Of a stretch of 64,000 nucleotides of DNA, positions 54,372 to 63,486 are shown one piece after another. Position 1 is the stretch's first letter. Each line of letters opens with the position of its first letter. The notes beneath the pieces were generated by a model, which did no database searches, was not told the origin of the DNA, and worked only from the letters and a program-made list of their open reading frames with translations. The DNA lies in IMG/VR virus record IMGVR_UViG_3300011442_000009, positions 11,331-75,330 of that record; one strand, 5' to 3'. The position numbers and the translations under genes are program-made. The DNA comes from a virus (taxonomy: Duplodnaviria > Caudoviricetes).

Positions 54372-56504
54372 TTACTGCATTGGGACTTGCTGCGGCTGGG
54401 GTTCGGGCGGAAGCCCGGGGTCGCCTTGCTCAAGAGCGGCCGTCTCTGCTTGATGCGCCATCGCCTGTTGATCGATCTGCTTCAACTGCGCAATCGCGGT
54501 CGCGGCGTTGGCCAAAAATTCTTTTATGGGCGCGAGGGTCTGCGAATCCATGCCCTGCTGCATCGCAATCGTATAGTGCTCGTTGATGTGCGCCACCATT
54601 GCCTCGAAAACGCTCGTGTCCGACTGGCCTTGGTGCAATTGCCCGGCGGCCTGCTCGGTGACCGGCATCAGCACCTGCATGTGAATAAGATGATTGTCCC
54701 GGGGGCTCACTTCCACCGGCTGACCGGCGCTGAGCAGCACAACCTCGAGGTTCTGCATGCGGGATTGTTCCGCGATTTCGGTCGGGTCCTGATCCGCGAG
54801 CAAAACGCGTTTGGCGAAATCCGAGCCCATGCGCGCAGAAAGATCTTCGACTTCGAGCTGTCGCTGGTTGTACAGCGGGTTGCCCTTCTTCTCCTGCGCT
54901 AACATCACGATTGACTGACGTTGTAGCGGGGTAAGGTCCGATATCGAGGACGCTACTGGCTGCTTCGCCAGCTCGTCAAGCTCTTCGCGAGACATCGACT
55001 CCAGCATCGTCTCTTGAAAATCCCGGGCGTCCTGATCGTCCACGTCGGGGTCGCAGATACGACGCTGCATCAAACCGAAAAGATCCGTCATCTGCTCGAG
55101 GAACCTAGAGATCCGAATATCCTTCGCCTCGTTTTCCCGGGAGGCGAGCAAATTCCAAGCAGCCGGAGAGCGCATGCCCTCGCCTGCAGTCGCCATGTTG
55201 GGCGTCGATGTAGAGCCAATGAGCTCATTGACTAGCTGCTTGAAGAATACGTCGAGCTTCAAAAATCCGTCCACGTTGCCGTCGATCTTTTGCTCGAGAA
55301 CTGTCCAACCAGAGGGCACGATGATCGTGCTGCCAATGACGGACATTTTGAAAGTGTGAAGGCGTCGGACATCGCCCTGCATGAGAGTTTTGCCGGACAT
55401 GATCAGCCGGTCAACAACTTCATTGCGCGTGCGATCCAGCATCCCGGCCAGCTCGTAGATGTCCCGGCCGATTCCTTTAGAACCGTGCAGAGTGCCATTG
55501 CCTTTTTGGAAAGTGAAAAACGAGCAGCAGTCTTCGAAGCTTTCGAAATGATCCACGCGGGAAAATATCTCTAGGAGCTCCGGCCCGGCGACGCGATAGT
55601 GAGAAACCTTCCCAGTAACCTCGCGTACGAGCAGATTGTAAATCACAATCACGCTTGCGCCTGCCATATAGCTCGCGCCAATGGTCAACTCGCGAAGCGC
55701 GTTCTGATACCAGATCTCCAGAGTGCCGCCGACGTTGAGCCGGTCGCGGATCTGCATCGGGGAAGCCCGATTTATCGCTTGGGCGGTGTTCTCGAGTTTC
55801 CAACCGGCATCCTCGGCAGCTTCGCGGTCTTGGATGTGCGCGAACAGCTCGTGCGGCAACAACGTCTCTTTGAGCACGAGGATTTGCGCCCATCGTGTGT
55901 CTGACTTGGTGCCGTCGGCTGCGAACGAGTCCTCAAACGAGAAAGCAGTAGGAAACCAAGAATAGTTATCGAGGAGGCCAACGACAGTATGCCCAAAAAG
56001 AGCATTATTGAAAGCGATGTCATTTATTAAAGTGTTAAACCCTTTGCGATTCCGGATCAGGTCTGTAATGCCCTTCCGAAAGGTTTCGGTTTTCTCAGTT
56101 GAGTTGAGCCACTTGTCGGAGAGCTGAGAATTCGTAAAATATTTCAGCCCGTCGATCGCCTGCACGAATCTGGGAGCAACTTGCTCGATCATCGACGGCA
56201 AAGGCTTGCTTGTGAAGTTCTGACGCCAGCCCAAACCCTCCGACTCGAGTTTCCGGGAGTCATACGGGCGCTCCGCGTTGACCTTTGCGAGGATTCGAGA
56301 GAAAATGATAGACCGATTGCGGCCCGCCTGAATGACGGTGCGGATTACGTCGCGGCCCATCGCGATATCGCGAATACTTCGCTGCGTGGGCTCGCCTTTC
56401 TTGTCAATGTCGGGAGACTGGATGATCCCGCCGAGTGCGTTCGTGGGATAGCCTCCGTTTGTGACGGAAAAGGGCAAAGGACTTGGGCTTGCTGTATCTG
56501 CCAT
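54372..56504 (-). CDS. Portal protein (710 aa)
   Basis: Size, position after terminase, helical content and Q-rich C-terminal tail typical of P22/T7-like portals. Confidence 0.75.
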   Translation of the reverse strand: MADTASPSPLPFSVTNGGYPTNALGGIIQSPDIDKKGEPTQRSIRDIAMGRDVIRTVIQAGRNRSIIFSRILAKVNAERPYDSRKLESEGLGWRQNFTSKPLPSMIEQVAPRFVQAIDGLKYFTNSQLSDKWLNSTEKTETFRKGITDLIRNRKGFNTLINDIAFNNALFGHTVVGLLDNYSWFPTAFSFEDSFAADGTKSDTRWAQILVLKETLLPHELFAHIQDREAAEDAGWKLENTAQAINRASPMQIRDRLNVGGTLEIWYQNALRELTIGASYMAGASVIVIYNLLVREVTGKVSHYRVAGPELLEIFSRVDHFESFEDCCSFFTFQKGNGTLHGSKGIGRDIYELAGMLDRTRNEVVDRLIMSGKTLMQGDVRRLHTFKMSVIGSTIIVPSGWTVLEQKIDGNVDGFLKLDVFFKQLVNELIGSTSTPNMATAGEGMRSPAAWNLLASRENEAKDIRISRFLEQMTDLFGLMQRRICDPDVDDQDARDFQETMLESMSREELDELAKQPVASSISDLTPLQRQSIVMLAQEKKGNPLYNQRQLEVEDLSARMGSDFAKRVLLADQDPTEIAEQSRMQNLEVVLLSAGQPVEVSPRDNHLIHMQVLMPVTEQAAGQLHQGQSDTSVFEAMVAHINEHYTIAMQQGMDSQTLAPIKEFLANAATAIAQLKQIDQQAMAHQAETAALEQGDPGLPPEPQPQQVPMQ

Positions 56505-56508
56505 GCGA

Positions 56509-56772
56509 TTAACAGTCGAAGGTATCTGTTTGGCGCGCTACTTTTTCTCTAAGCCAGTACTTTCGAGGGCACTGCTCGGTACAAAGTGAGGTTTTTGAAA
56601 TGATCAGGCACTTGCAGACCCCGCAGACGTCCTCTTCCCGGTCCGGGCACACGTTGCAGACCTGTGCACGGGTCCAAATTGTCTTCCGGGAGGCCAAAAT
56701 CTCGTATCCGCGGAATTTCCACCAGCACGAGCGAACGAATGCCATCAAAAAGTGCCAAAAAAGCATGATCAT
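56509..56772 (-). CDS. Small Cys-rich protein (RxxxCxxCP...CxxCxC...CP..W), 87 aa
   Basis: ATGA coupling; six Cys in a conserved-looking pattern. Confidence 0.7.
   Translation of the reverse strand: MIMLFWHFLMAFVRSCWWKFRGYEILASRKTIWTRAQVCNVCPDREEDVCGVCKCLIISKTSLCTEQCPRKYWLREKVARQTDTFDC
56512..56540 (-). promoter_or_regulatory. Putative late promoter TAGCGC-N16-CGACTGT
   Basis: 7 nt upstream of the portal ATG. Confidence 0.65.
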
Positions 56773-57341
56773 ATCTGGGTTTTCCTCCAACAGTGGGCCG
56801 GTAGGTCGTTATTCGCTACCCGGGTCGAGTCCAAGTGCACCGCAGTGGGCAAATCCTCTCCCAAAAAGCCGCAGGCATGGAGCCGGGCGTCGAGCAGGCG
56901 CTTCCCTATGGTTGCCTTCCTGAGCTCGTTGAGCGCTTTGACGCAACTCTGGCAGCCCCCGGGCAATTCGTTGTTCCCCGGGCACGTGGCGCACACGTTT
57001 GCTCGGTTCCGGCGCTCATCGTCAGGCACGAAAACCAGTGGATGCACCTGTACGTGCTCCCTGAGAGCTGTGATCCACTTCAGGACCCGTGTTTTCAGAG
57101 TCGTCTTGGCGAGGGTCTCGGCGTACACAGCATTTTCAGTCCGGCAAAGCCCCGGGTTAACCCGGCACGCTTGCGCGATTACCTCCGCGGCGACGTCCCC
57201 GACGGGCACCCCGGCCCGTTCCCGGAACCTCTGAACCTTCGCGATGACCCCGGGCCACGAGTTGCTCGTGTGCGTCACATTGTTTTCATCTTTGAAGGAA
57301 AAGCCACCTTTGGGAAACACGTTATTATTGATCGTTTGCAT
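56769..57341 (-). CDS. Cys-rich protein (190 aa) with RxxxCxxCP...CxxC...C...CW domain
   Basis: Starts 1 nt after the terminase stop; Cys pattern resembles that of the adjacent gene. Confidence 0.7.
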   Translation of the reverse strand: MQTINNNVFPKGGFSFKDENNVTHTSNSWPGVIAKVQRFRERAGVPVGDVAAEVIAQACRVNPGLCRTENAVYAETLAKTTLKTRVLKWITALREHVQVHPLVFVPDDERRNRANVCATCPGNNELPGGCQSCVKALNELRKATIGKRLLDARLHACGFLGEDLPTAVHLDSTRVANNDLPAHCWRKTQI

Positions 57342-57342
57342 A

Positions 57343-59283
57343 TCACCAACTAAATCCATCCGGCATCGGTTCGAAATTAGAGTCTAAAACTTCGGTCTGA
57401 TTCGTGGCGTCGATTCTCGCGCCGCCTTTGTACATTGAGTCCATCCAAGAGTCGTCGATATTGCTGATCGTGTGCGAGTTATTTTCTCGCATGGAGAGCT
57501 GCACCTGAGACCCCCTGCGCGCCGCCAGCACCAAAAGCGACAACGAGTCGGCATCGTTGGGCGATGAAAAACCTCGGGACTCAAAATCTTTTTTGCTCTC
57601 GGTCTTTGACCGGCCGGAGATCACGCGATAGCGCCGGTTCGCGAGCTGCCCGGCGAGCTTGGTCATGTCGACCGACGGGTGAATCAGGAGGTACCCGAAT
57701 TCAAACCACATTCGCATCCCGAACCAAAGCTCGGTCGCTATGCGGTCGTACATTTCCTTGCAGATCTTGCTATCCTCGATCATCAGCTTCTCAAGGCTGG
57801 CGCTCTCGGAATAGTTTACGTCGTGTATCACGGAGGACCACTCGTAGCGGATCAGATCCGCGACACCCGCGCCGTGGCCGGTACGATCACATGCGTAGTA
57901 CTCCGGGCGTGTCCCGCTCTTGCGGTTCATTTCCATCACGGACTTTTTCATTGCCACTGTCTCGCCCTTGGGCAAAACAAACTGCTGAGTCACCTGAAGA
58001 CCCCAGCGCGGCATCACAGAACCGTCAGGTCGTTTAAACAGCGTCGTATGACCGTTGGGGTAGTCGACGGATGAAGGCCATTTAATTCCAGTTGCCATCC
58101 CCCATTTACCGATTGTATGAACTGCTTCGTCACCACCTTCCAAGGCCAGATCAGTGGCTCCGACTGTGACGGGTTCTTCGAACCAGATATACTCGCCACG
58201 AACTTTTCCCAGCATCCCAGCAGGAATGACCGTCGCTTCGATTCCAATTGCAGGATATAAACCTCGACCCATCGTCCGGTATCCGCCGGAGTTTCTTCCA
58301 CCAGCATTTGCGGCAATCTTTTCCAATCCACCGGCCGTCTGGAGCCCGGGATATATAACTTTTTTCTGCAGGACGTTCTCACACCTTTCACCGTCCAAGC
58401 GCAGCACGTTCCAGCCACGCGTGGATTTCCATTTAAAATGGACGTCTTCGTCAAGATTAGACCATCCAAAAGGGGGCTCTGCACGCTTGCTAACTTCGTC
58501 ATATGGATCAGAGGGGTTGTACGCGCCGAAGATCTTGAAACCTCTTCCGCCTTCTTCGGTGTTGGAAATGATGTTGTCGATGTCCGCCCAGATTCCCTTG
58601 GCGATATTCTCGACTTCGTCCATGAAAATAAACATGCGGGAAAGATCGCCGAGTACTGGGTGCGGTACCGGACGGGGTCGGCGTTTAGAACCTTGGAGAC
58701 GGCCCGCCTTCTTATTTGCGCCCTTCGGCACAATGACACCGCGAATTGATGAAAGTTGATCACGACGTGTTAATCCTATGAATAGCCCGCCGATCTCCCC
58801 GGCAAGCGGCACCGACGCGTTTTGATGGAGCGAAACCATGTGGGAGAACAGGTTTGCTTCCAAGTGATTCTCGGACGGACCGAGCAACCGGATCGTAGTA
58901 TACTCTGGATCCCGCGCCCACTCCATTAAAAGTCTGACGCCCATCGAAAAAGATTTTCCCATGGACGCCGCACCGCAAATGAGCCCCATGTCCGTGGTGT
59001 CGAAAAGCTCCCAGATATCCTTTACGCTCTGGGGCTCCGGGGAGAACTGTGCCGGGGTCCAAAGGATCTGTGCCGCTTCTGCTAGTGCGCCCTCCTCCAT
59101 GATCCCACGCACGTACGGCGCGAGCACCTCATTGATCTCTCCTTCTGTGGGTGTCTTCCGCTTTACCTTGAACTGCGCCTTGTAAAACCCACAGACCAGT
59201 TCGCACGCCGATATCTTCTGGTCGGAATGCACCAGCTTCGCGACCTGCGCCGCGAGCTGTTTTTCTGCTACTGGTAAACTCAT
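57343..59283 (-). CDS. terL: Terminase large subunit
   Basis: Walker A GAASMGKS, Walker B FIFMDE, coupling motif GAYNP, nuclease acidic residues ATDLA, CDRTG, SPNDADS. Confidence 0.9.
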   Translation of the reverse strand: MSLPVAEKQLAAQVAKLVHSDQKISACELVCGFYKAQFKVKRKTPTEGEINEVLAPYVRGIMEEGALAEAAQILWTPAQFSPEPQSVKDIWELFDTTDMGLICGAASMGKSFSMGVRLLMEWARDPEYTTIRLLGPSENHLEANLFSHMVSLHQNASVPLAGEIGGLFIGLTRRDQLSSIRGVIVPKGANKKAGRLQGSKRRPRPVPHPVLGDLSRMFIFMDEVENIAKGIWADIDNIISNTEEGGRGFKIFGAYNPSDPYDEVSKRAEPPFGWSNLDEDVHFKWKSTRGWNVLRLDGERCENVLQKKVIYPGLQTAGGLEKIAANAGGRNSGGYRTMGRGLYPAIGIEATVIPAGMLGKVRGEYIWFEEPVTVGATDLALEGGDEAVHTIGKWGMATGIKWPSSVDYPNGHTTLFKRPDGSVMPRWGLQVTQQFVLPKGETVAMKKSVMEMNRKSGTRPEYYACDRTGHGAGVADLIRYEWSSVIHDVNYSESASLEKLMIEDSKICKEMYDRIATELWFGMRMWFEFGYLLIHPSVDMTKLAGQLANRRYRVISGRSKTESKKDFESRGFSSPNDADSLSLLVLAARRGSQVQLSMRENNSHTISNIDDSWMDSMYKGGARIDATNQTEVLDSNFEPMPDGFSW

Positions 59284-59570
59284 ACTTCCCGGCCGCAGTT
59301 TAAGACGGTCTCCTCGGTAGTCCCGAGCGGGAACTTCACGAGCTCCGCCGTCTTCCAACCTCGTGCGCCGTAGCGTTTGGGTCGGGGCGTTGGAATCGAG
59401 ACCCCCTTATGGCTCTTGGGAGCCCGAAGGGAAAAATTGATTATCCGCATGGAGGTGGCCAGCCGGTCGAATCCGATCCGGGTCTTCCAGCCGCGATTTT
59501 TCCATGATCTCAGCCAGATCCGCGCCATCGGCAGCTCCTTCTCACAATACTTTCCAGTTATCAAAGGCAC
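59280..59570 (-). CDS. Basic hypothetical protein upstream of terminase (96 aa)
   Basis: GTG 5 nt after CGACTGT; ATGA coupling to terL. Confidence 0.55.
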   Translation of the reverse strand: MPLITGKYCEKELPMARIWLRSWKNRGWKTRIGFDRLATSMRIINFSLRAPKSHKGVSIPTPRPKRYGARGWKTAELVKFPLGTTEETVLNCGREV

Positions 59571-59575
59571 ACAGT

Positions 59576-59604
59576 ACAGTCGGAGGCCCCGGGCGGCGTG
59601 GACA
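59576..59604 (-). promoter_or_regulatory. Putative late promoter (CGACTGT -10; poor -35 match)
   Basis: -10 motif at the head of the packaging operon. Confidence 0.45.
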
Positions 59605-59731
59605 CGAAAAATGCCAGAGGGGCGTCCTCTGGCAACAATGAAAACGTATAAACTCTGTTTTGGTTTTACTTCATGTGTTCACCCTCCTTCTATTACGTGG
59701 TCCCTCCGGGACGCAAGACAGGGTTAGTGTT

Positions 59732-60487
59732 TCACTTCGCTCCACAGTCGCTCTGTGCAAGCAAATTAGCAAGCTCCGCGCGTGCGGCACGGGCCTTGTT
59801 ACCGACCGCTTTGCCGTTGCGGGAGACTATCCCATTGACGGTATGCTTCGACCACGGCACGCCGGTGCGGGTCGGATACCCCCGGGCATTCATCATGTCC
59901 GCCACGTCCTGCGTGCTGTAGCCTTGGCGGCTCCATTCCACGAGCTGGCGGAGTGCGTCCTGCTCCTCGAGCTTTGAACCGAAAGGTTTCTGTCCGCCTA
60001 CCCGGCCTTCCATTGCGGCCCGGATACGGGCGCTGCGCAATTTCTTGACCAGCGTGGATTTCTCCCACTGCGCGAGTGCCGCCATGAACTGGCGAATCAA
60101 GATGCGGGTAGGGTCGACGTCGTTTGACGCCATATCTTCAAGCGCGCCTTGGTCCGTGGCAAACAACTTGATTCCACGGTTGCGCAGCTCCCGCAGCAAG
60201 AATTCGCTAGCCATGAGATCGCGTGCCAGCCGGTCCATCCGCTCAACAATCACGCAGTCCACCTTGAGGCGAGGATTGTCTTTCAGCTCATCAATAGCCA
60301 TGAGCATCGCGGTAAACGCCGGGCGTTCTTCGGAGGTGCCGGTAATCGAGTCGAAAAATTCGAGGCTAGACTCTAGGTCGAGACCGTGGGCCTTTGCAAA
60401 AGCGGCGCAGGCTAGGCGCTGGCGCTCCGGGCCGTCACCTTCAATCTGACCCTTGCTCGAAACGCGGAGGTAAGTAAATGCTTTCAT
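59732..60487 (-). CDS. Small serine recombinase (resolvase domain plus short C-terminal DNA-binding region), 251 aa
   Basis: YLRVSS..Q, RPAF, ERMDRLARD, AQWEKS..V.K...AR; C-terminal LxxxGYPTRTGxxW. Confidence 0.9.
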   Translation of the reverse strand: MKAFTYLRVSSKGQIEGDGPERQRLACAAFAKAHGLDLESSLEFFDSITGTSEERPAFTAMLMAIDELKDNPRLKVDCVIVERMDRLARDLMASEFLLRELRNRGIKLFATDQGALEDMASNDVDPTRILIRQFMAALAQWEKSTLVKKLRSARIRAAMEGRVGGQKPFGSKLEEQDALRQLVEWSRQGYSTQDVADMMNARGYPTRTGVPWSKHTVNGIVSRNGKAVGNKARAARAELANLLAQSDCGAK

Positions 60488-60497
60488 TGAGACCAGA

Positions 60498-60746
60498 TTA
60501 CCAGAAGAGAAGTTCACATGCAAGCAAAATAGCGATAAAAATGATCATGCCCATAACACCGGCCTGCGCAAACGCTTCGATCCAATATCGCCGGGTCTGG
60601 TAGTCCCCGATTTTGATCGGGGCTTCCTGCATTTTGCGGTCTATCCAGAGGATGATCCACCAGAGACCTTGCGCTAGAGCCGAGACCACGAGACAAGCGA
60701 CGAACCACCACAGAAAGGTGCTGATCAAAGTGGCAATCCAGCTCAT
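60498..60746 (-). CDS. Two-TM membrane protein (82 aa)
   Basis: Two hydrophobic segments; ATGA coupling. Confidence 0.65.
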   Translation of the reverse strand: MSWIATLISTFLWWFVACLVVSALAQGLWWIILWIDRKMQEAPIKIGDYQTRRYWIEAFAQAGVMGMIIFIAILLACELLFW

Positions 60747-61213
60747 GCGACCTCCCCTGCCAACCGGCGTTGATTGATTCCCCGGATATCCGGCAGTTTG
60801 GCCAGCGCAACGCACTTCTCCAAATATGGATACCGCGCCATCACCTCAGGATTGTTCAGCGGAACCTCATAGACCATCTTGACCCGTGCTCCCGGCTTGG
60901 TGAAGTGATTGTCAAAGATCCTGCCGTCGGCCACCGCGAAAACGTGCCCGGAGATCTTAACCACGAAGCGGCCGTTTTGCATCCCCTCGAGGGCCTTGAT
61001 AACAGTCTGGCAGGACAGGTCCGGACGCTGAACCAGACCAAGCTTTGGGGCGGCGACTTGAAACGCTGCGCAGCAACCGAGCTTCCGGCCGTGCGCCGCC
61101 ATGAGACTGTGGGCATTCTCGTAGGAGAGCCCGAACGCGAATTGAGTCGCGAGAACGGTGCAGTCCGCACGCTCCCGGCTCTTCACTTTGACTAGAACGT
61201 AATTTGCTTTCAC
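60743..61213 (-). CDS. Papain-like (Cys-His-Asp) small peptidase-like protein
   Basis: DCTVLA...Y..AH...GR...GHVFAVADG.IFD. Confidence 0.6.
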   Translation of the reverse strand: MKANYVLVKVKSRERADCTVLATQFAFGLSYENAHSLMAAHGRKLGCCAAFQVAAPKLGLVQRPDLSCQTVIKALEGMQNGRFVVKISGHVFAVADGRIFDNHFTKPGARVKMVYEVPLNNPEVMARYPYLEKCVALAKLPDIRGINQRRLAGEVA

Positions 61214-61219
61214 GTCTCC

Positions 61220-61248
61220 AGTCTCTCATTGGTGCAGCCAAAAGTCAA
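61220..61248 (-). promoter_or_regulatory. Putative promoter TTGACT-N17-GAGACT
   Basis: GTG start 6 nt downstream of the -10. Confidence 0.5.
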
Positions 61249-61258
61249 TACCCAAATA

Positions 61259-61297
61259 AAAGTAAAAGCGAGACTAATAGTTTCCTATTAGCCTCGC
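61259..61297 (-). terminator. Intrinsic terminator after the tRNA
   Basis: 13-bp stem with one G-U pair, GAAA loop, then TTTTACTTTT. Confidence 0.85.
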
Positions 61298-61303
61298 TCA
61301 AGT

Positions 61304-61379
<76 letters not shown>

Positions 61380-61382
61380 AAA

Positions 61383-61622
61383 TTACGCGCCGACGAAAAG
61401 AACCAAACTCAGAAGCGTGGTCATCGGGTTGTCCCGCATCGCCTGCTCAAAAGTTTTTCCCGGTGTGGGAAACCCGGCGTCCCTCGCGGCCTTGCCGACC
61501 AGCTCGAAACAAGTCGAGTCCGGGGGCAGCTCCGGCGCGGTACCGAGAAGCATGAGGTTGACAGCCTGATTGATATTCGCCTTAGCGGCGGTCGATAAAG
61601 ATATAGCCATAGCGCAAGACAA
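61383..61622 (-). CDS. Hypothetical protein (79 aa)
   Basis: ORF ending just before the tRNA. Confidence 0.5.
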   Translation of the reverse strand: MSCAMAISLSTAAKANINQAVNLMLLGTAPELPPDSTCFELVGKAARDAGFPTPGKTFEQAMRDNPMTTLLSLVLFVGA

Positions 61623-61644
61623 TCGTTGGCTCCGCGGAAAGCCG

Positions 61645-61941
61645 CTACTTCATCTTTTTCCTCGGGGCATAGACCCTGTGATACCCCGCACGGTGTATCA
61701 CTCGCTCGATCACGTCCGCAAGTTCCAGCACCACCCACTCCTCGAGATACGGGCACACCTCGTGTATTGATTCGTGAATCAAAGTGTCGCAGTAATCCCG
61801 CGGAGACTGCCGGGGATCCACCTTGATGGTGCCCGGCCGCTTGCCGGGTCGACAGCCCTCCTGATCGGAGTGCGCCCCTACGGCCTTCTCGCGCTTCGAA
61901 AATCGCCGCTCAACAACAGTGGGTAGGGGTCTCAATTTCAT
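61645..61941 (-). CDS. Minimal zincin-like protein (HExxH)
   Basis: I.VDPRQ...DTLIHESIH...EE.V. Confidence 0.7.
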   Translation of the reverse strand: MKLRPLPTVVERRFSKREKAVGAHSDQEGCRPGKRPGTIKVDPRQSPRDYCDTLIHESIHEVCPYLEEWVVLELADVIERVIHRAGYHRVYAPRKKMK

Positions 61942-62338
61942 AGAGATTGGGCATCTTGAAAAGAGTTGCTTTAGCCACGATGACGTCGTGCTTAAGAAGA
62001 CAGATGGTGTTGAGCGTGGGGGAAGACCACGTAAATCCTTGCTCTTTTACCCAGTCGGCTACGAAAGCGATTGCCAGTGGGTCCCGGTCGTTCACGGCCT
62101 GAGCCGTTTCCGGCAAGAGCCCCCATTCCTGAAGCCGCAGGCTGAGCCACATGGACTTGAGGCGCATAATGTCCCGGGCCAGCTCCGGCAGACCGGTTTG
62201 CGCCGTGAGCCAGAATTTCTCAAGGTCCGGCCGGAGGCCGCTCCATGGCGATTCTTTCCCACTCTCGGAACCAGTCGGTCTGGATCCACTGTTCGGGTTC
62301 TGTTTGTTCGTCGGCTGTTGATTCGGGTTGCACATCAT
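61910..62338 (-). CDS. Hypothetical protein (5-prime frame uncertain)
   Basis: C-terminal half is protein-like; an alternative frame near 62330-62220 also reads plausibly. Confidence 0.45.
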   Translation of the reverse strand: MMCNPNQQPTNKQNPNSGSRPTGSESGKESPWSGLRPDLEKFWLTAQTGLPELARDIMRLKSMWLSLRLQEWGLLPETAQAVNDRDPLAIAFVADWVKEQGFTWSSPTLNTICLLKHDVIVAKATLFKMPNLYEIETPTHCC

Positions 62339-62631
62339 ACCGTCGTGTCCTCCCGGACTTCGCGCATCTTCACGATGGCGTACTTGGTCTCACTCGAGCT
62401 CCAGTTTTCCGCATCCTCTTTAGTCTCCCGAATAACCTGAAGTACGTTGCCTTGGTAGACTGCCCACAACTCCTTGGGCTCCACTACCACGCGATAGTGC
62501 TCCGGCGGGTCAGAGAATTCCGGGTTCGTCAAGCGAACCCATTCCCCGGCCCCGGGCCGGTGCTCTAAAATTTTCCCGTCTCGAATTGCTTCTAAAAACG
62601 GCCAGTACTGATGGATATTGTCTTTAGTCAT
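62335..62631 (-). CDS. Hypothetical protein (98 aa)
   Basis: Phage-like pattern LEAIRDGK.LE...W...P.F...YRV. Confidence 0.7.
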   Translation of the reverse strand: MTKDNIHQYWPFLEAIRDGKILEHRPGAGEWVRLTNPEFSDPPEHYRVVVEPKELWAVYQGNVLQVIRETKEDAENWSSSETKYAIVKMREVREDTTV

Positions 62632-62844
62632 ATTTTTGCTACGTCTATCGGAATTCGCTGCAGGGGCATTATGTTTAAACGACGTCGCATGTCCCGCAGC
62701 TCTTGGGCGTAGCGACGCGCTTTTTCTTTTTTCTGTTTGACTACTGCGGCAGCCATTGCATCCGCCACGCGAAAATGATTACAGTTGACACCACCCACGA
62801 AATCGCGAGCGGCAGGGAAAAGTCGGCGCAGGCTTCGGCGAAAA

Positions 62845-63258
62845 TTACTCTGAGGTTTCGCATATTTTCAGAAGTTCCGCCGCCGCGGCGTTCGAGATTT
62901 CCAGAGCGAGCCGGGCGCAAGAGGCTTCCCTATATCTCCACTGACGGTATGCACTGCCCTCGAGATCGACACAGGGGAACCCGCCTCGTCGCGCTATATG
63001 CTGCACGCGGAGCGGGTTTGAATTCTTCTCCCAGAATTTCCGCAATGGGCACTTACCGCACCCGTTGTTATTTGGGTTCGTGAATTCGCAGAGAGCACAA
63101 TCCGACATACAGCTAGGTATGCCCGACCATCCGGGCCAATCTGTTTTGTCCGCCTCGGGGTTCTGCGCGAGCCATGCCCACATGTCCCGGGTAATCTCGA
63201 GAGCTTGTTTTAGTTCCATCATAGGGCACCTCGGACGTGGAGGTCGGTCAAAGGGCAT
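62845..63258 (-). CDS. Cys-rich hypothetical protein (137 aa)
   Basis: CALCE...CGKCPL...C. Confidence 0.65.
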   Translation of the reverse strand: MPFDRPPRPRCPMMELKQALEITRDMWAWLAQNPEADKTDWPGWSGIPSCMSDCALCEFTNPNNNGCGKCPLRKFWEKNSNPLRVQHIARRGGFPCVDLEGSAYRQWRYREASCARLALEISNAAAAELLKICETSE

Positions 63259-63440
63259 TCCTGCTGAACGCGCTCCAAAGTTTGGTGTGTGACGACAGTA
63301 CCGACGAAAAGCTTTTCACCGCCGCACTCAAGGTGAGTGAGATTGACCAAGCTTTTGAGTGTATAACACGGGACAAGCCCGTTGCCGACAACCGAAACGC
63401 CGCGGCGTTCGAATGAGGCGCTCCTAGATTTTTCTTTCAT
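63219..63440 (-). CDS. Hypothetical protein (73 aa)
   Basis: ATG 7 nt after the putative -10. Confidence 0.5.
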   Translation of the reverse strand: MKEKSRSASFERRGVSVVGNGLVPCYTLKSLVNLTHLECGGEKLFVGTVVTHQTLERVQQECPLTDLHVRGAL

Positions 63441-63447
63441 GCCGCCA

Positions 63448-63486
63448 AGATTCTCACACCCGGCGGCGGAACGCAAGCACTATTTT
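63448..63486 (-). promoter_or_regulatory. Putative early promoter AAAATAGTGC-TTGCGT-N17-GAATCT
   Basis: 13 of 15 match to the AAAATAGTTCTTGCA element at 129 and 18034. Confidence 0.55.
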
